Positions 11,188-22,150 of a DNA stretch of 64,000 bases are shown here, in pieces (within the stretch, counting starts at the first letter, position 1; each line of letters opens with the position of its first letter). This stretch comes from Octopus bimaculoides (lineage: Eukaryota), in NCBI RefSeq assembly GCF_001194135.2, contig NC_068985.1:51993428-52057427 (forward strand). The letters are read 5' to 3'. The notes beneath the pieces were generated by a model. That model had not been told where the DNA came from and did no database searches. It was given only the letters and a program-made list of their open reading frames with translations. The position numbers were made by a program, and so were the translations under genes.

Positions 11188-11421
11188 CGCTCAGCTCAGT
11201 GGTTGGACGCCGACGAAGCTCCACGGCACTTCCCGAAGCCAAAGATGCACTAAAAGAAGGTTATGGTGACTGTTTGGTGGTCTGCGGCCGGTCTCATCCA
11301 TCACAGCTTTTTGGATCCAGGCGAAACCATTACGGCGTAGAAGTACTATCAGCAAATGGATGAAATGCATAAGAAACTCCGACAACGACAGCCAGCATTG
11401 GTCAATAGAAAAGGACCAATT
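11188..11421 (+). mobile_element. internal fragment of the same Hsmar1-like mariner family
   Basis: SAQWLDADEAPRHFPKPKMH*KKVMVTVWWSAAGLIHHSFLDPGETITA*KYYQQMDEMHKK; inverted relative to 9860-10090; no TIRs. Confidence 0.9.
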
Positions 11422-11954
11422 ATTACAAGTAGCAACATAAGAGTAAAGAAATAGTGATAACTTATTCCTCCAAAATATTACTTGTAACAAAGAACTAAAT
11501 CCAAAAACGACATTTAGACAATATAACAAAGACAGACAACTAGATACTTTGATCCTCAATTAACATGACATTATGAAAATGATATCACACCCCAAACACG
11601 ATTAGTGAAATAGTTCATTGGGTAAACACTGTCCTCGAAAATGTACAAGGAAAGGGACGAACTTAAATCAATAACTATGAAACAAGTTCAATACTACAAA
11701 ATATATCCAAAGTCTTGCGAATGGATTCGTTTGAGGGAAACTTTAAGTTTCGCAGGCTCCTAACGAAAGCCCATCTCTTTCAGACTTTGTATTGCCGAAT
11801 GAATAGGTATAGGAAGTCAAAGATGGCTACCAGAAGATAGGTTGCCATTAGTCAAGACGGGTGACATGGTGATGGCAAAGAATGTTGTCAAAGAATATAA
11901 GCTCCTTAGCGACAGCAGTTCCATCAGAATGGAGAATTTCTTTATATATACATA

Positions 11955-12290
11955 TAGGCACAGGTGTGGCTGTGTGGTAAGAAGATTGCTTCCCAACCAC
12001 ATGATTCTGGGTTCAGTCCCACAGCGTGGCACTTTGTGCAAGTGTCTTCTACTATAAATTCGGGCTGATATATATGCATATATCTATATGTGTGTGTGTT
12101 TGTATCTTTTTTTGACACCTACCAACACTCGACAATCGGTGTTGATGTGTTTACGTCCCAATAACTTAGCGGTTCGGCAAAAGAGACCGATAGAATAAGT
12201 AACAAACTGTGAAAAATAAGTCCTGGGGTTGATTTGCTCGACTAAAACCCTTCAAGGCGGTGCCCCAATGATTGAAATAAGTAAAAGATA
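11955..12290 (+). mobile_element. SINE family B
   Basis: AGGCACAGGTGTGGCTGTGTGGTAAG...GGGTTCAGTCCC head; tail CTTAGCGGTTCGGCAAAAGAGACCGATAGAATAAGT. Confidence 0.85.
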
Positions 12291-12294
12291 AAAG

Positions 12295-12326
<32 letters not shown>

Positions 12327-12370
12327 TATATATATATATATATGTATATATAAATAAATATACATACATG

Positions 12371-12468
<98 letters not shown>

Positions 12469-12525
12469 AACACATACACACACACACATATATATATGTG
12501 TATATACATACACATATATACATAC
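12295..12525. repeat. (TA)n microsatellite
   Basis: Directly visible. Confidence 0.95.
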
Positions 12526-12986
12526 ATCTATAATGGAAAAATAAAAATTAATAACATTTAACTGCAAAGAAACTAAATGATCCATTATAAATAAACGGCC
12601 TACAAGCTTGTTACTTGGGAACAATTTAGATTACTCTTAGTTATAGAATAAATAAATCTGCATGTAGTTTAAATCAATATATACACTTACAAACTACAAG
12701 CATTGAATACTGCTGAAACAAAATTACTACCGAAATAATGTTAGCGATAGAGAAACCCCACGCGTTGCAGAGAAATCAACAGAAACCATACTCACGTCTT
12801 AACCCGATGCTGCAAAACACTGACAGAACGATGTCTGTCAACGGACGGAAGCTAGTCTTAACTACCCAACGGAAGTGTGTTGTACACTAACAGTGAATGA
12901 CAACAACTCAGCGGAAGAGAAGTCGTACACAACAGTTAATGATAGCCAGCGCCCCACCAACAAACTTCTAAACAGTGGTTTAATCA

Positions 12987-13033
<47 letters not shown>

Positions 13034-13089
13034 TAACATAAATAATATATAAATATATGCATATATCCATACATATATGTACATACCTA

Positions 13090-13268
13090 CATCTATATGT
13101 ATACATACATGCATATATAAATACAGGACATCACAAAAAACGTTAAACACAATGAGAAATGAAAACACAAAGACGAAGACAGAAAAGGAACTTTTTTTCG
13201 AACAACGAGAAAAAAAACAAAACAGAGAAACGAGACATGCAGCATAAAGAATATTTCCCTTCTTCAGT
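13090..13268. repeat. possible Penelope-like terminal repeat fragment
   Basis: Ends in CCCTTCTTCAGT (CTGAAGAAG on minus strand, a hammerhead-core-like heptamer) immediately before an N-gap; remainder not visible. Confidence 0.25.
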
Positions 13269-13278
13269 NNNNNNNNNN

Positions 13279-14077
13279 ATTAAATATTATTTTACAGAAT
13301 AATAGAATTAGAATTTCTTTGATTAAAATCCTTTCTAGCATGGAAGTACCCAAAGAGCATTTTGAGGCACATAATGTGTTATGAGTACGAAAAAGGAAAC
13401 TCATTTCACTCTTTTTGGATAGACTTGTGACTGGTGACGAAAAATGGATCTTCTATCGAAATGTTAAATGCCTTAAACAGTGGCTTGGTAAAAGGGGAAA
13501 AGCTCAACCACAACAGAGAAGGGAACTTCATGGGAAAAAGGTTCTTCTTTCTATCTGGTGGGATTGCAACGGAGTGATTCACTTTGAATTGTTACCACCT
13601 AATGCAACAATCAATGCTCAAGTCTACTGTCAGCAATTAGAGCGTTTGAACCAAACTTTGACGTAAATCAAAGTGAATCGAAAAGGAGTGATGTTTCATC
13701 AGGACAATGCACGACCCCACACTGCAAAGATCACATCACAGAAGATTGAAGAGCTTGGTTGGGAAAAAATTCCTCATCCACCTTATTCTCTCGACCATGC
13801 TCCTTCAGACTACCATTTGTTTCGTAGTTTACAGAATCATTTGGGGACATAACTTTCGCAAGCCAGGAGGAGGTCGAAACTGACATTTCAGAGTTCTTCG
13901 CTTCGAAACCAAAAGAGTTTTACATTGATGGGATTAAAAAGCTTGTAAATAGATGGAAGGAAGTCATAGATAATCAGGGCAAGTACAATGATGATTAAAT
14001 TTCACTTAAATATAACATTTGATCAATCACTTGTTTTCTTTATTCAAAATTCGGACAGAACTTATGGGATAACCTGA
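13279..14077 (+). mobile_element. mellifera-like mariner with large internal deletion
   Basis: ATG at 13340 (MEVPKEH...YEYEKGNS) joined near 13403 to FLDRLVTGDEKWIFY...HQDNARPH...HPPYSLDHAPSDYHLF; stop 13996-13998; right TIR GGACAGAACTTATGGGATAACCTGA|TA; left TIR lost in gap. Confidence 0.9.
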
Positions 14078-14129
14078 TAAATATATAACTACGTACACGG
14101 ACACATCCTTAAAAACATACAAATATAGA

Positions 14130-14460
14130 TATATGCATGCGTACGTACATATATCCAATCATACATACGTACATACAAATATATGCGAGCATACATTGAT
14201 GCATGCAGACATAAAACATGTAAATTCGTACTTACATATGCGTATTTACATGCATCCATACATTACATTCATATATATGTACATACATTTATACATTCAC
14301 ACATACATCCAAATATACATAATACAAACATACATACATGCATACGTACAAACATACAAACATTATACATATATGCATGACATTACATACACATGTACAT
14401 AATATACACATTCATTCATTCATCCATCCATCCATCCATCCATCCATCCATCCATCCATA
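14130..14460. repeat. degenerate (TACA)n and (CCAT)n tract
   Basis: Directly visible. Confidence 0.9.
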
Positions 14461-14859
14461 CGTACAATGCCTTAAAAGCAATCTATACGATGAAGTATTG
14501 GCACAATGCTGTAGCTGAATCATATTCATTTATATAATTATTTATAGAATAATTTTATGCAATGATATAAGAATGACAACTCAGCAACTTAAAACTCATG
14601 CAACGGCACAGAAACAAATGTTGCAGTTTGTAATTAAAGCCTGTTTTTCCATTTTCGTTTTCTATAAATTTTTATATTGGGTGTATACACTAACGGGGTT
14701 CCACAACCTTGTATGATGCCATATGGTAACCAATAACAGTACAGGAGCTTTTAAATGCAGGTTATGAGATTATTACCAAGATAATATTGAATACATACAC
14801 ACACAAAGAAAACAGCAACAGACGAGGTTGACTATAGGCCAAAGGAATATAGGCCAAAG

Positions 14860-14970
14860 GAATATTGGTGGAACTTAAAAATTAAGACAGCCACCAAGTA
14901 AAAACACAACCGGCCAGATATTGTTGCGTAGGATCGCAAGGAGAAGAGGATCGCAATTTTGAGGGATGGA
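14860..14970 (+). pseudogene. fragment of restriction-like-endonuclease LINE (R4/NeSL-type)
   Basis: In-frame EYWWNLKIKTATK*KHNRPDIVA*DRKEKRIAIL; NRPDIV is the conserved RLE motif. Confidence 0.55.
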
Positions 14971-14989
14971 GCATGTTGGTTATATGAAA

Positions 14990-15116
14990 TGGTATTTTGT
15001 TTTACTGATCCTGCAGGGATGAAAGACTAAGCTTATCTCGATTGCATTTAAACTCAGAATGTAATGAGCCGGAAGAAAAGCTGCTAAGCATTTTGTTTGG
15101 CATGTTTCAGATTCTG
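14990..15116 (-). mobile_element. SINE family A, degraded
   Basis: GGATGAAAGAC...TTTAAACTCAGAATGTAA...GCTAAGCATTTTG. Confidence 0.7.
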
Positions 15117-15926
15117 TGTATTCAATTTGACATTACAAAGAAGGAAACAAGAGAATTAGTGCTATATCAATGTTGCAGATGCCTGTGTTACATTGATCTC
15201 CTCAGCGAAAAATCCACTGTCTGTTTGAGATTTTATGTTCCAGACCTAGGAGTTAGAAATTGGGGGGGGGGGGGAAATAATGAAATAAAATAAAAAATAT
15301 AAATAACAAAAGAAAAAAAAAACGCAACATCAAATTTAATACTGATAATCGCGTATTTGACATGAGAAATTCTAAGTGTTTGAAGTTGTTAAAATGCCTA
15401 CAAGCAAAACTGCAAAATGGCCATAGACGAGAAGCATTTCAGATTTCGAGTGAGAGTACTTATCCAGTCTGAATTTATATGCACATGCAAATACACTCAT
15501 TCACAAACACAAGTACGTATACATACATGCACATACATACTTAAATGAAGGAGATGAGAAATTCGAAGACGATTCAGTGCGACTTTAAGATAACTATAGA
15601 GCAGTTTTTATGTATGTCTGTTTTAATGGAAATGATGTAATTTAAATACACTGTCTAACTATAATTCTTTGATTTCATATAACATTGACAGACATGATTT
15701 GACTGTTATGAATCATATACATTGTAAACGTTGGAACGAGAGAGAAATATATTGAAATAATTCAACTGCGCTTACAGATTAGATTCATGTCTTACATGAG
15801 CTTTGGAAATAGCGAAAGCAGGCTATCTTCTTTGCTAAAAAAATTAAACCTGTACGTCACTATTTGTATATATGTATATGTGTGTGTGTGTATGTGTATG
15901 TATATCTATCTATCTATCTATCTATC

Positions 15927-15964
<38 letters not shown>

Positions 15965-16399
15965 TATATACTCACATATATATGTATACACACGCGCGCG
16001 CACACATACATACATACAAACACACACACACACACACACACACACATATGACGAATAAGGATGTATTAAACACCATATTACCATACAAGAGATAAATTCT
16101 TTATTTATTGAAATTATTTTTGCTCCCTGCTATAATGCAAAAATCGCTTGGTAGCAGTTGGAACCAACACCAAAACGGGAAGGAAAGATAAAATCAAGAA
16201 TCAAGATTTTTCCAAATCTGACATGCGATTAAAGCAAACACAGTCTGTCGACAAGAGGAGAGCTGTCCATACATGTTTCTGCCTCGGTAGATCTCATCGG
16301 CATAGCAGTTGTTTTATCATATCGGTTGAAGACAAGATGCTTTGGCGTATAAAAATGAGAACAATCCTCACCACATATTCGCACACATTATTTTTATTT

Positions 16400-16520
16400 A
16401 GATATTTTGTCCTTATTTTCTTGTTCATTCTCTTTTAAGATATCTGGGGTTGCATGCCTGCGTTTCACTTATTTTTTTATACATATTTATAATTTTGTCC
16501 ATATCATAGAAAATGTGGTC
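16400..16520. repeat. dispersed repeat, second copy at 21465-21605
   Basis: TTAGAYATTTTGTCCTTAT..TCT.GTTCATTCTCTTTT.AAGA.ATCTG.G.TTGCATG shared. Confidence 0.7.
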
Positions 16521-16757
16521 TAACACATAAAATTCTGTTTATATCCTCCTCTTTTCCTTTAGTTTACAATTTATGCCAAGCATGTGAACAATAACGTCGT
16601 TGTAGGCTCGCAATGCGTCAATCACTTTGTTCAATACGCCGTGTTGGAATCTTTAAATTGGAGTTTTCTAAATTGCATCGCAACATTTTAATTATTGATA
16701 ATCCACAGATCTGTCACAAAATTAAATCAAATGCAATAAGTTTTTACGAATATTTGA

Positions 16758-16924
16758 TGTAGGAGTAGACGTGTGGTAAGTAGCTTGCTAACGAACCACA
16801 TGGTTCCGGGTTCACTCCCACTGCATGGCACCTTGGGCAACTGTCTTGTACTATAGCCTCGGGCCGGCCAAAGCCTTGTGAGTGGATTTGGTAGACGGAA
16901 ACTGAAAGAAGCCCGTCGTATATA

Positions 16925-17013
<89 letters not shown>

Positions 17014-17185
17014 GTATGCATGTGTATATGTTTGTGTGTCTGTGTTTGTCCCTCCAATATTGCTTGACAACCGATGCTGGTGTGTTTACGTCCCCGTAAC
17101 TTAGCGGTTCGGCAAAAAAGACTGATAAAATAAGTACTAGGCTTACAAAGAATAAGTCCTGGGGTCGATTTGGTCGGCTTGGGGC
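16758..17185 (+). mobile_element. SINE family B with expanded internal (TA)n
   Basis: Head GTGTGGTAAGTAGCTTGC...GGGTTCACTCCC; (TA)n after AAGAAGCCCGTCG; tail to GGGGTCGATTTGGTCG. Confidence 0.9.
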
Positions 17186-17206
17186 TAAAGTGGAAGATAC
17201 TTTCCC

Positions 17207-17713
17207 AGGCGCAGGCATGGTTGTGTGGTAAGTAGCTTGCTTACCAGCCACATGGTTCCGAGTTCAGTCCCACCGCGTGGCACCTAGGGCCAGTCTCTTC
17301 TACTATAGCTTCGGGCCGACCAAAGCCTTGTGAGTGGACTTGGTAGACGGAAACTGAAAGAAGCCCGTTGTATATATACGTATATATAAGTATATATGGC
17401 TCAGTGGTTAGAGCATCGAACTTACGACCGTGAGGCTGAGAGTTCGAATCCCGAACCTGGCAAGACACTTGAGCAAGACACTTTATTTCATTGCTCCAGT
17501 TCACTCAGCTGTAGAAATGAGTTGCGATGTCACTGGTGCCAAGCTGTACCGGCCTTTGATTTTCCCTTGGAGGACATCGGTGGCGTAGAGAGTGGAGGCT
17601 GGTATGCATGGGTGACTGCTGGTTTTCCACAAACAACCTTGCCCGGACTTGTGCCTGGGAGGGTAACTTTCTAGGTGCAATCTCATGGTCATTCGTGACC
17701 GAAGGAGGTCTCC

Positions 17714-17767
<54 letters not shown>

Positions 17768-17772
17768 ATATA

Positions 17773-17810
<38 letters not shown>

Positions 17811-18030
17811 TGTATATATGTTTGTGTGTCTGTGTTTGTCCCCCCCCCCCATCATCGCTTGACAACCGATGCTGGTGTGTTTACGTCCCCGTAACTTAGC
17901 GGTTCAGCAAAAGATACCGATAGGATAAGTACTAGACTCATAAAGAATAAGTCCTGGAATCGATTTGTTCGACTAAAGACGGTGCTCCAGCACGGCCGCA
18001 GTGAAATGACTGAAACAAATAAAAGAAAGA
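17207..18030 (+). mobile_element. SINE family B interrupted by a family C-type SINE
   Basis: Head 17207-17380, tail 17805-18030 ending GCCGCAGTGAAATGACTGAAACAAATAAAAG. Confidence 0.9.
17396..17712 (+). mobile_element. tRNA-derived SINE (family C-type) nested in the family B microsatellite
   Basis: TGGCTCAGTGGTTAGAGC A box, GAGTTCGAATCCC B box, TTGAGCAAGACACTTTATTTCA core shared with 63593-63870. Confidence 0.85.
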
Positions 18031-18432
18031 AAAGGTGCGGTGCAACTGAACCCGAAACCATTTGGTTGCAAAGCTAACTTTCTAACCACACAGCCACGTG
18101 TCAATAAAATTTTTGTAATCATTGATAGCTGGCAGCCAATGTGAAAAAGTTTAGAAAGCTGTTTTACATAGCTACAATTATGAAATAATTAGTATCGTCG
18201 CTAATAATGCCCAATTATATCAAAAGCGCCTTCAAACTTGTTAATAATGGATATTCAAAATTATTCTTTAGATTATAACACTATTAAAGATAAATGAATT
18301 ACAAAAAATTGTGGTAGGGTATTGTAAGGCATGTAAATAGGATATGTTTGTTGAACAAAAATTTATAAAAGCAAACAAACAAACTATAATATTACTAGCG
18401 TATTCAAGCCGTCAATAATTACGGAGTTATTT

Positions 18433-18645
18433 AAGGCATCGAGCTGGCAGAATCGTTACCGCGCTGAAGAAAATGTTTAGCGATATTTCTTCCGACATTA
18501 CGTTCTGAGTTTAAATGCCACCAGAGGCGATTTTGCCTTTCATCTTTTCAGGGTCGATAAATAAGTACCAGTTAAACACTGGAGTTGATGTAATCGACTT
18601 AAACTCTTCCCTGAAATTCCTGACCTTGTGTCAAAATTTGAAACC
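18433..18645 (+). mobile_element. SINE family A
   Basis: AAGGCATCGAGCTGGCAGAATCGTTA head to CCTTGTGTCAAAATTTGAAACC tail. Confidence 0.85.
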
Positions 18646-19557
18646 GATAATTACAGAGTTATTATAGAAAAAGTTACCTGATGAAAGTCGATAATTAGAG
18701 GATGAGAATGTATATAAAAATGCTGAAATGAACAGGAAAATAAGAAAATTTTATCTACTACTCTCCAAAATATTATACAGGTATGATTCGCTGCAGAAGT
18801 TCATGAAGAACAACGTTTCTTGTGTAGACATGAGGAGGTACTAACACACCTTGATCTGAATTTTCGGTCTGTAACTTCAAAATGTTCATAACTCTGACCC
18901 TAATCCTAACCCAGATCAGATAATCTCACAGCGTAGAGTAGAGATACTGAAGTAGGCCGCACGCCAACGTAGCATCGAAATTTCGTATGACTGTCGTGAT
19001 GCCAGCCGAATCATTTGAATTTATGAACATTAAAATGATGAGATGATGAAGATAGCAGAATGAACTTCTGAATCCCACCCCCAATAAACAGAACAACACT
19101 AGCAAGTGTCTTAAAGTTAAAGAAAAAGATTTCTATTAGTCTTAGTGGAAAAAAAAAAATCAAATCAAACTTAACTATTGTGCAGCCGCAACTTGCCTCA
19201 GAAGAACAGTTCGAGCTACAATTATGATGAAGAAATATCTTTGAAATGTTGTGATGCATGGCAAATCGTCAAAATCTATGAATATTGAAACATTAGTTAA
19301 GCACTGAAAAAGCAGAATGAACTTTCAAATGCAAAAGATAAACAGAACAACTAAAGGGTGACGCTGTTGCAGTAAGAAAGTAGAAACACTGTTGGTTAAT
19401 TTAGAAAACTTCCAACTGTTTCATTTAGTATTGTGAGACAAATACAAAAAATAAACAGAACGACTCCAGCTTCTATCGAATGATTTAGAACATAATCTTA
19501 TAGGTGGAACAAATTCAACACCTCCAAAAGCTAAAGTGTTGCTGCGTGGTAAGAAGC

Positions 19558-19870
19558 CAGGCGCAGGTGTGATTGTGTGGTAAGAAGATTGATTTCCAAT
19601 CACATGGTTTCAGTTCAGTTCCACTGCGTGGCATCTTGCGTAAGTGTTTTCCAATAGTCTCAGGTCGGCCAAAGCCTTGTGAGTAGATTTGGTAGACGGA
19701 ATCTGAAAGAAGCCCGCCTTGTGTTTGCCCATCCCCACCGCATGATAACCAGTGTTGGTGTGTTTACATCCCCGTAACTTAGCGGTTCGGTAAAAGAAAC
19801 CCATAGAATAAGTAACAGGCTTAAAAATGTCATGGCTGCAGTCAAATGACTGAAACAAGTAAACGATAAA
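19558..19870 (+). mobile_element. SINE family B
   Basis: AGGCGCAGGTGTGATTGTGTGGTAAG head to GCTGCAGTCAAATGACTGAAACAAGTAAA tail. Confidence 0.85.
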
Positions 19871-20049
19871 AAATTAAAGATACATAGGCATGTATCGTAT
19901 TATACATATATTGATCATGTACAATTGTACGTAACACGTAGGCGTATAGGCGGACACGGAAAACCTTTCGCTTCGGAAGTAATTCCCAGAGAAAATTCTA
20001 CTCAGATAATATTCACAAAACACACTGGTCTATAGATGATGTCATGGAA

Positions 20050-20096
20050 TCGTAGCATGCATGCGTTTCGGTATCATCGAGTGTCGTCAGCTACGA
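20050..20096 (-). ncRNA. type I minimal hammerhead ribozyme motif (unit 1, degenerate)
   Basis: UCGUAG-CUGACGA-14 nt-GAAA-CGCAUGCA-U-G-CUACGA; 6-bp stem I; position 17 is G. Confidence 0.6.
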
Positions 20097-20354
20097 GTAC
20101 TGAATTCATTCTTCATAAACTTTTAAGAATGATAGTTCTTATATATAAGAACAACAAATAGCACATTTGTTAATGTGTGTAGAACTTGGAATTAAAGAAG
20201 AAGAATCGCACGAAGCTGCCCTGAGTGAAATATATATAACACATCCATGTGCACTCGAATATGAGAAGACTTTTCGCTGTGGAAATAACCCCGTGAGAAA
20301 ATATTCATAGACAATATGTCTAAAAGGCATTGGGCGTAAATCACGTTATGGGAT

Positions 20355-20399
20355 CGTAGGAACTATGCATTTCTATGTCAATGAGTGTCGTCAGCTACG
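20355..20399 (-). ncRNA. type I minimal hammerhead ribozyme motif (unit 2, degenerate)
   Basis: CGUAG-CUGACGA-14 nt-GAAA-UGCAUAGU-U-C-CUACG; same spacing as unit 1. Confidence 0.6.
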
Positions 20400-21224
20400 G
20401 ATATCGAATTCGTTCTTCCCAACTTTATAAGGATGATAACTCTCATAAGCACAGCAAACAGTATATTTGCTGGTGTGCGTGGAGACAATTTTCTTTCGGA
20501 CTGTTTCCTCAGTGTAAAGTTTTTCACGTTCGTGGTACACAAACGTGTTAAATATACACGGTTATAGTTTATTCAACGCTGCTTCACACGAATTTTAGTT
20601 ATTTCAAGGAATATATAGCATCTAAGAGATACTGTCCTCCCCTTTACCTATTTCTGGTCACCATCAGTAAGGGGTTTGATCTAAGTATCTGAGAACGAAA
20701 TATTACAAAAAACAAAAACAAAAAAAAAAAACAAGATAATATGGCAACCTATTTTCTTTGTAAGTTGTGAAAAAATAAAAGACAATCCTAAAGCAACAAA
20801 CAAAACAAAGCACAATATAAATTAAAAAAATCTGTGCATTATTTGAAGTATCCACGAGACAAACGAAAATGACGTTCACTTTTTAAACAGTCCATCAACG
20901 AAGTAGTTTTACCAAACAAATAACATTTCCTTTACAATACAAACAAATTTTACTTTCTGACAAACGCCATCATTCATATTATTTTCCCATTAAAATTCTT
21001 TCGTGCTTTTTGGCTGGGGAACACGACAGCGGTCTAGAAGGACAAACTATTGGAGTTCGAATTACATACATGGTTCCATAAGAGTTCTCTTTTCTTTCTT
21101 TTGTGTGTGTATATATATCTATATATGGGTGTGTGTGCGTAACGTCCTGTACCCTGATATGCATGTATATACACATGTAGATGTAAGTATGTACATATAT
21201 GTGTGTATACATGTATATATATTC

Positions 21225-21345
<121 letters not shown>

Positions 21346-21834
21346 TATTCACACACACGTACACATCCATACATAAGATGGAGGACTTACGTACGAAGAT
21401 ACACAGTTGTGTGCGTCTCTATATGCGTATAATACACACACACATACACACACTATTTTCATTTAGACATTTTGTCCTTATGTTCTCGTTCATTCTCTTT
21501 CAAGACATCTGAGTTTGCATGACTTAACTTTGGGTTTTATTTTATGATTTTTTTTTACATATATATTTTCACATTATGTCCGTATCCTTGTAGATGTGGT
21601 CTTCCCCCTAGCGGATAAAAAATAAAACACTTATCAGGTAACACTCATTCAATGACAGCTTTTCTTCACACTTTTTCCCATCATCTACATACATCTGAAT
21701 TCTTCAACACCCACTCTATTTAATTCCGTTTTTTCTCCTCTATTTTACTCTTTTTCTACATATTTTTTTCTACTTTCCTACTTTCTATTCCTCTACTTAT
21801 TTTTTCTAGCACTCATTCTTCCCTTTAAACAAAA

Positions 21835-21860
21835 TCTATCTATCTATCTATCTATCTATA

Positions 21861-21913
<53 letters not shown>

Positions 21914-21933
21914 GTCTGTCTGTCTGTCTATTC

Positions 21934-21975
<42 letters not shown>

Positions 21976-21976
21976 A

Positions 21977-22061
<85 letters not shown>

Positions 22062-22150
22062 GATGTCTGTCTGATTGTCTGTCTGATTGTCTGTCTGTCT
22101 GCCTGCTCGTCTGTCTGTCTGTCTGTCTGTCTGCGTGCTCGTCTGTCTGT
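21835..22150. repeat. (TCTA)n/(TCTG)n compound tetranucleotide repeat
   Basis: Directly visible. Confidence 0.95.

Larger units (their letters stand above)
19900..20520 (-). repeat. diverged tandem dimer of about 304 bp, each unit with a hammerhead motif (retrozyme-like)
   Basis: Collinear blocks GAA.AC.TTTCGCT..GGAA.TAA, GAGTGTCGTCAGCTACG and GAATTC.TTCTTC at 304-bp offset. Confidence 0.7.

Noticed and set aside
11780-11940. LPLVKTGDMVMAKNVVKEYKLL resembling RT domain 7 (VKEYKYLG)
   Set aside because: One weak motif with no supporting upstream RT motifs
18895-18915. CCCTAATCCTAACCC telomere-like repeat
   Set aside because: Only about two units; no array or element boundaries identified
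19955-20300. GKPF / EKTFRC peptides suggesting a C2H2 zinc-finger array
   Set aside because: Period is 304 bp, not a multiple of 84; no C-x2-C...H-x3-H pattern; stops present
21375-21410. GATGGAGGACTTACGTACGAAG as a possible hammerhead
   Set aside because: Both core halves mismatched and no stem I
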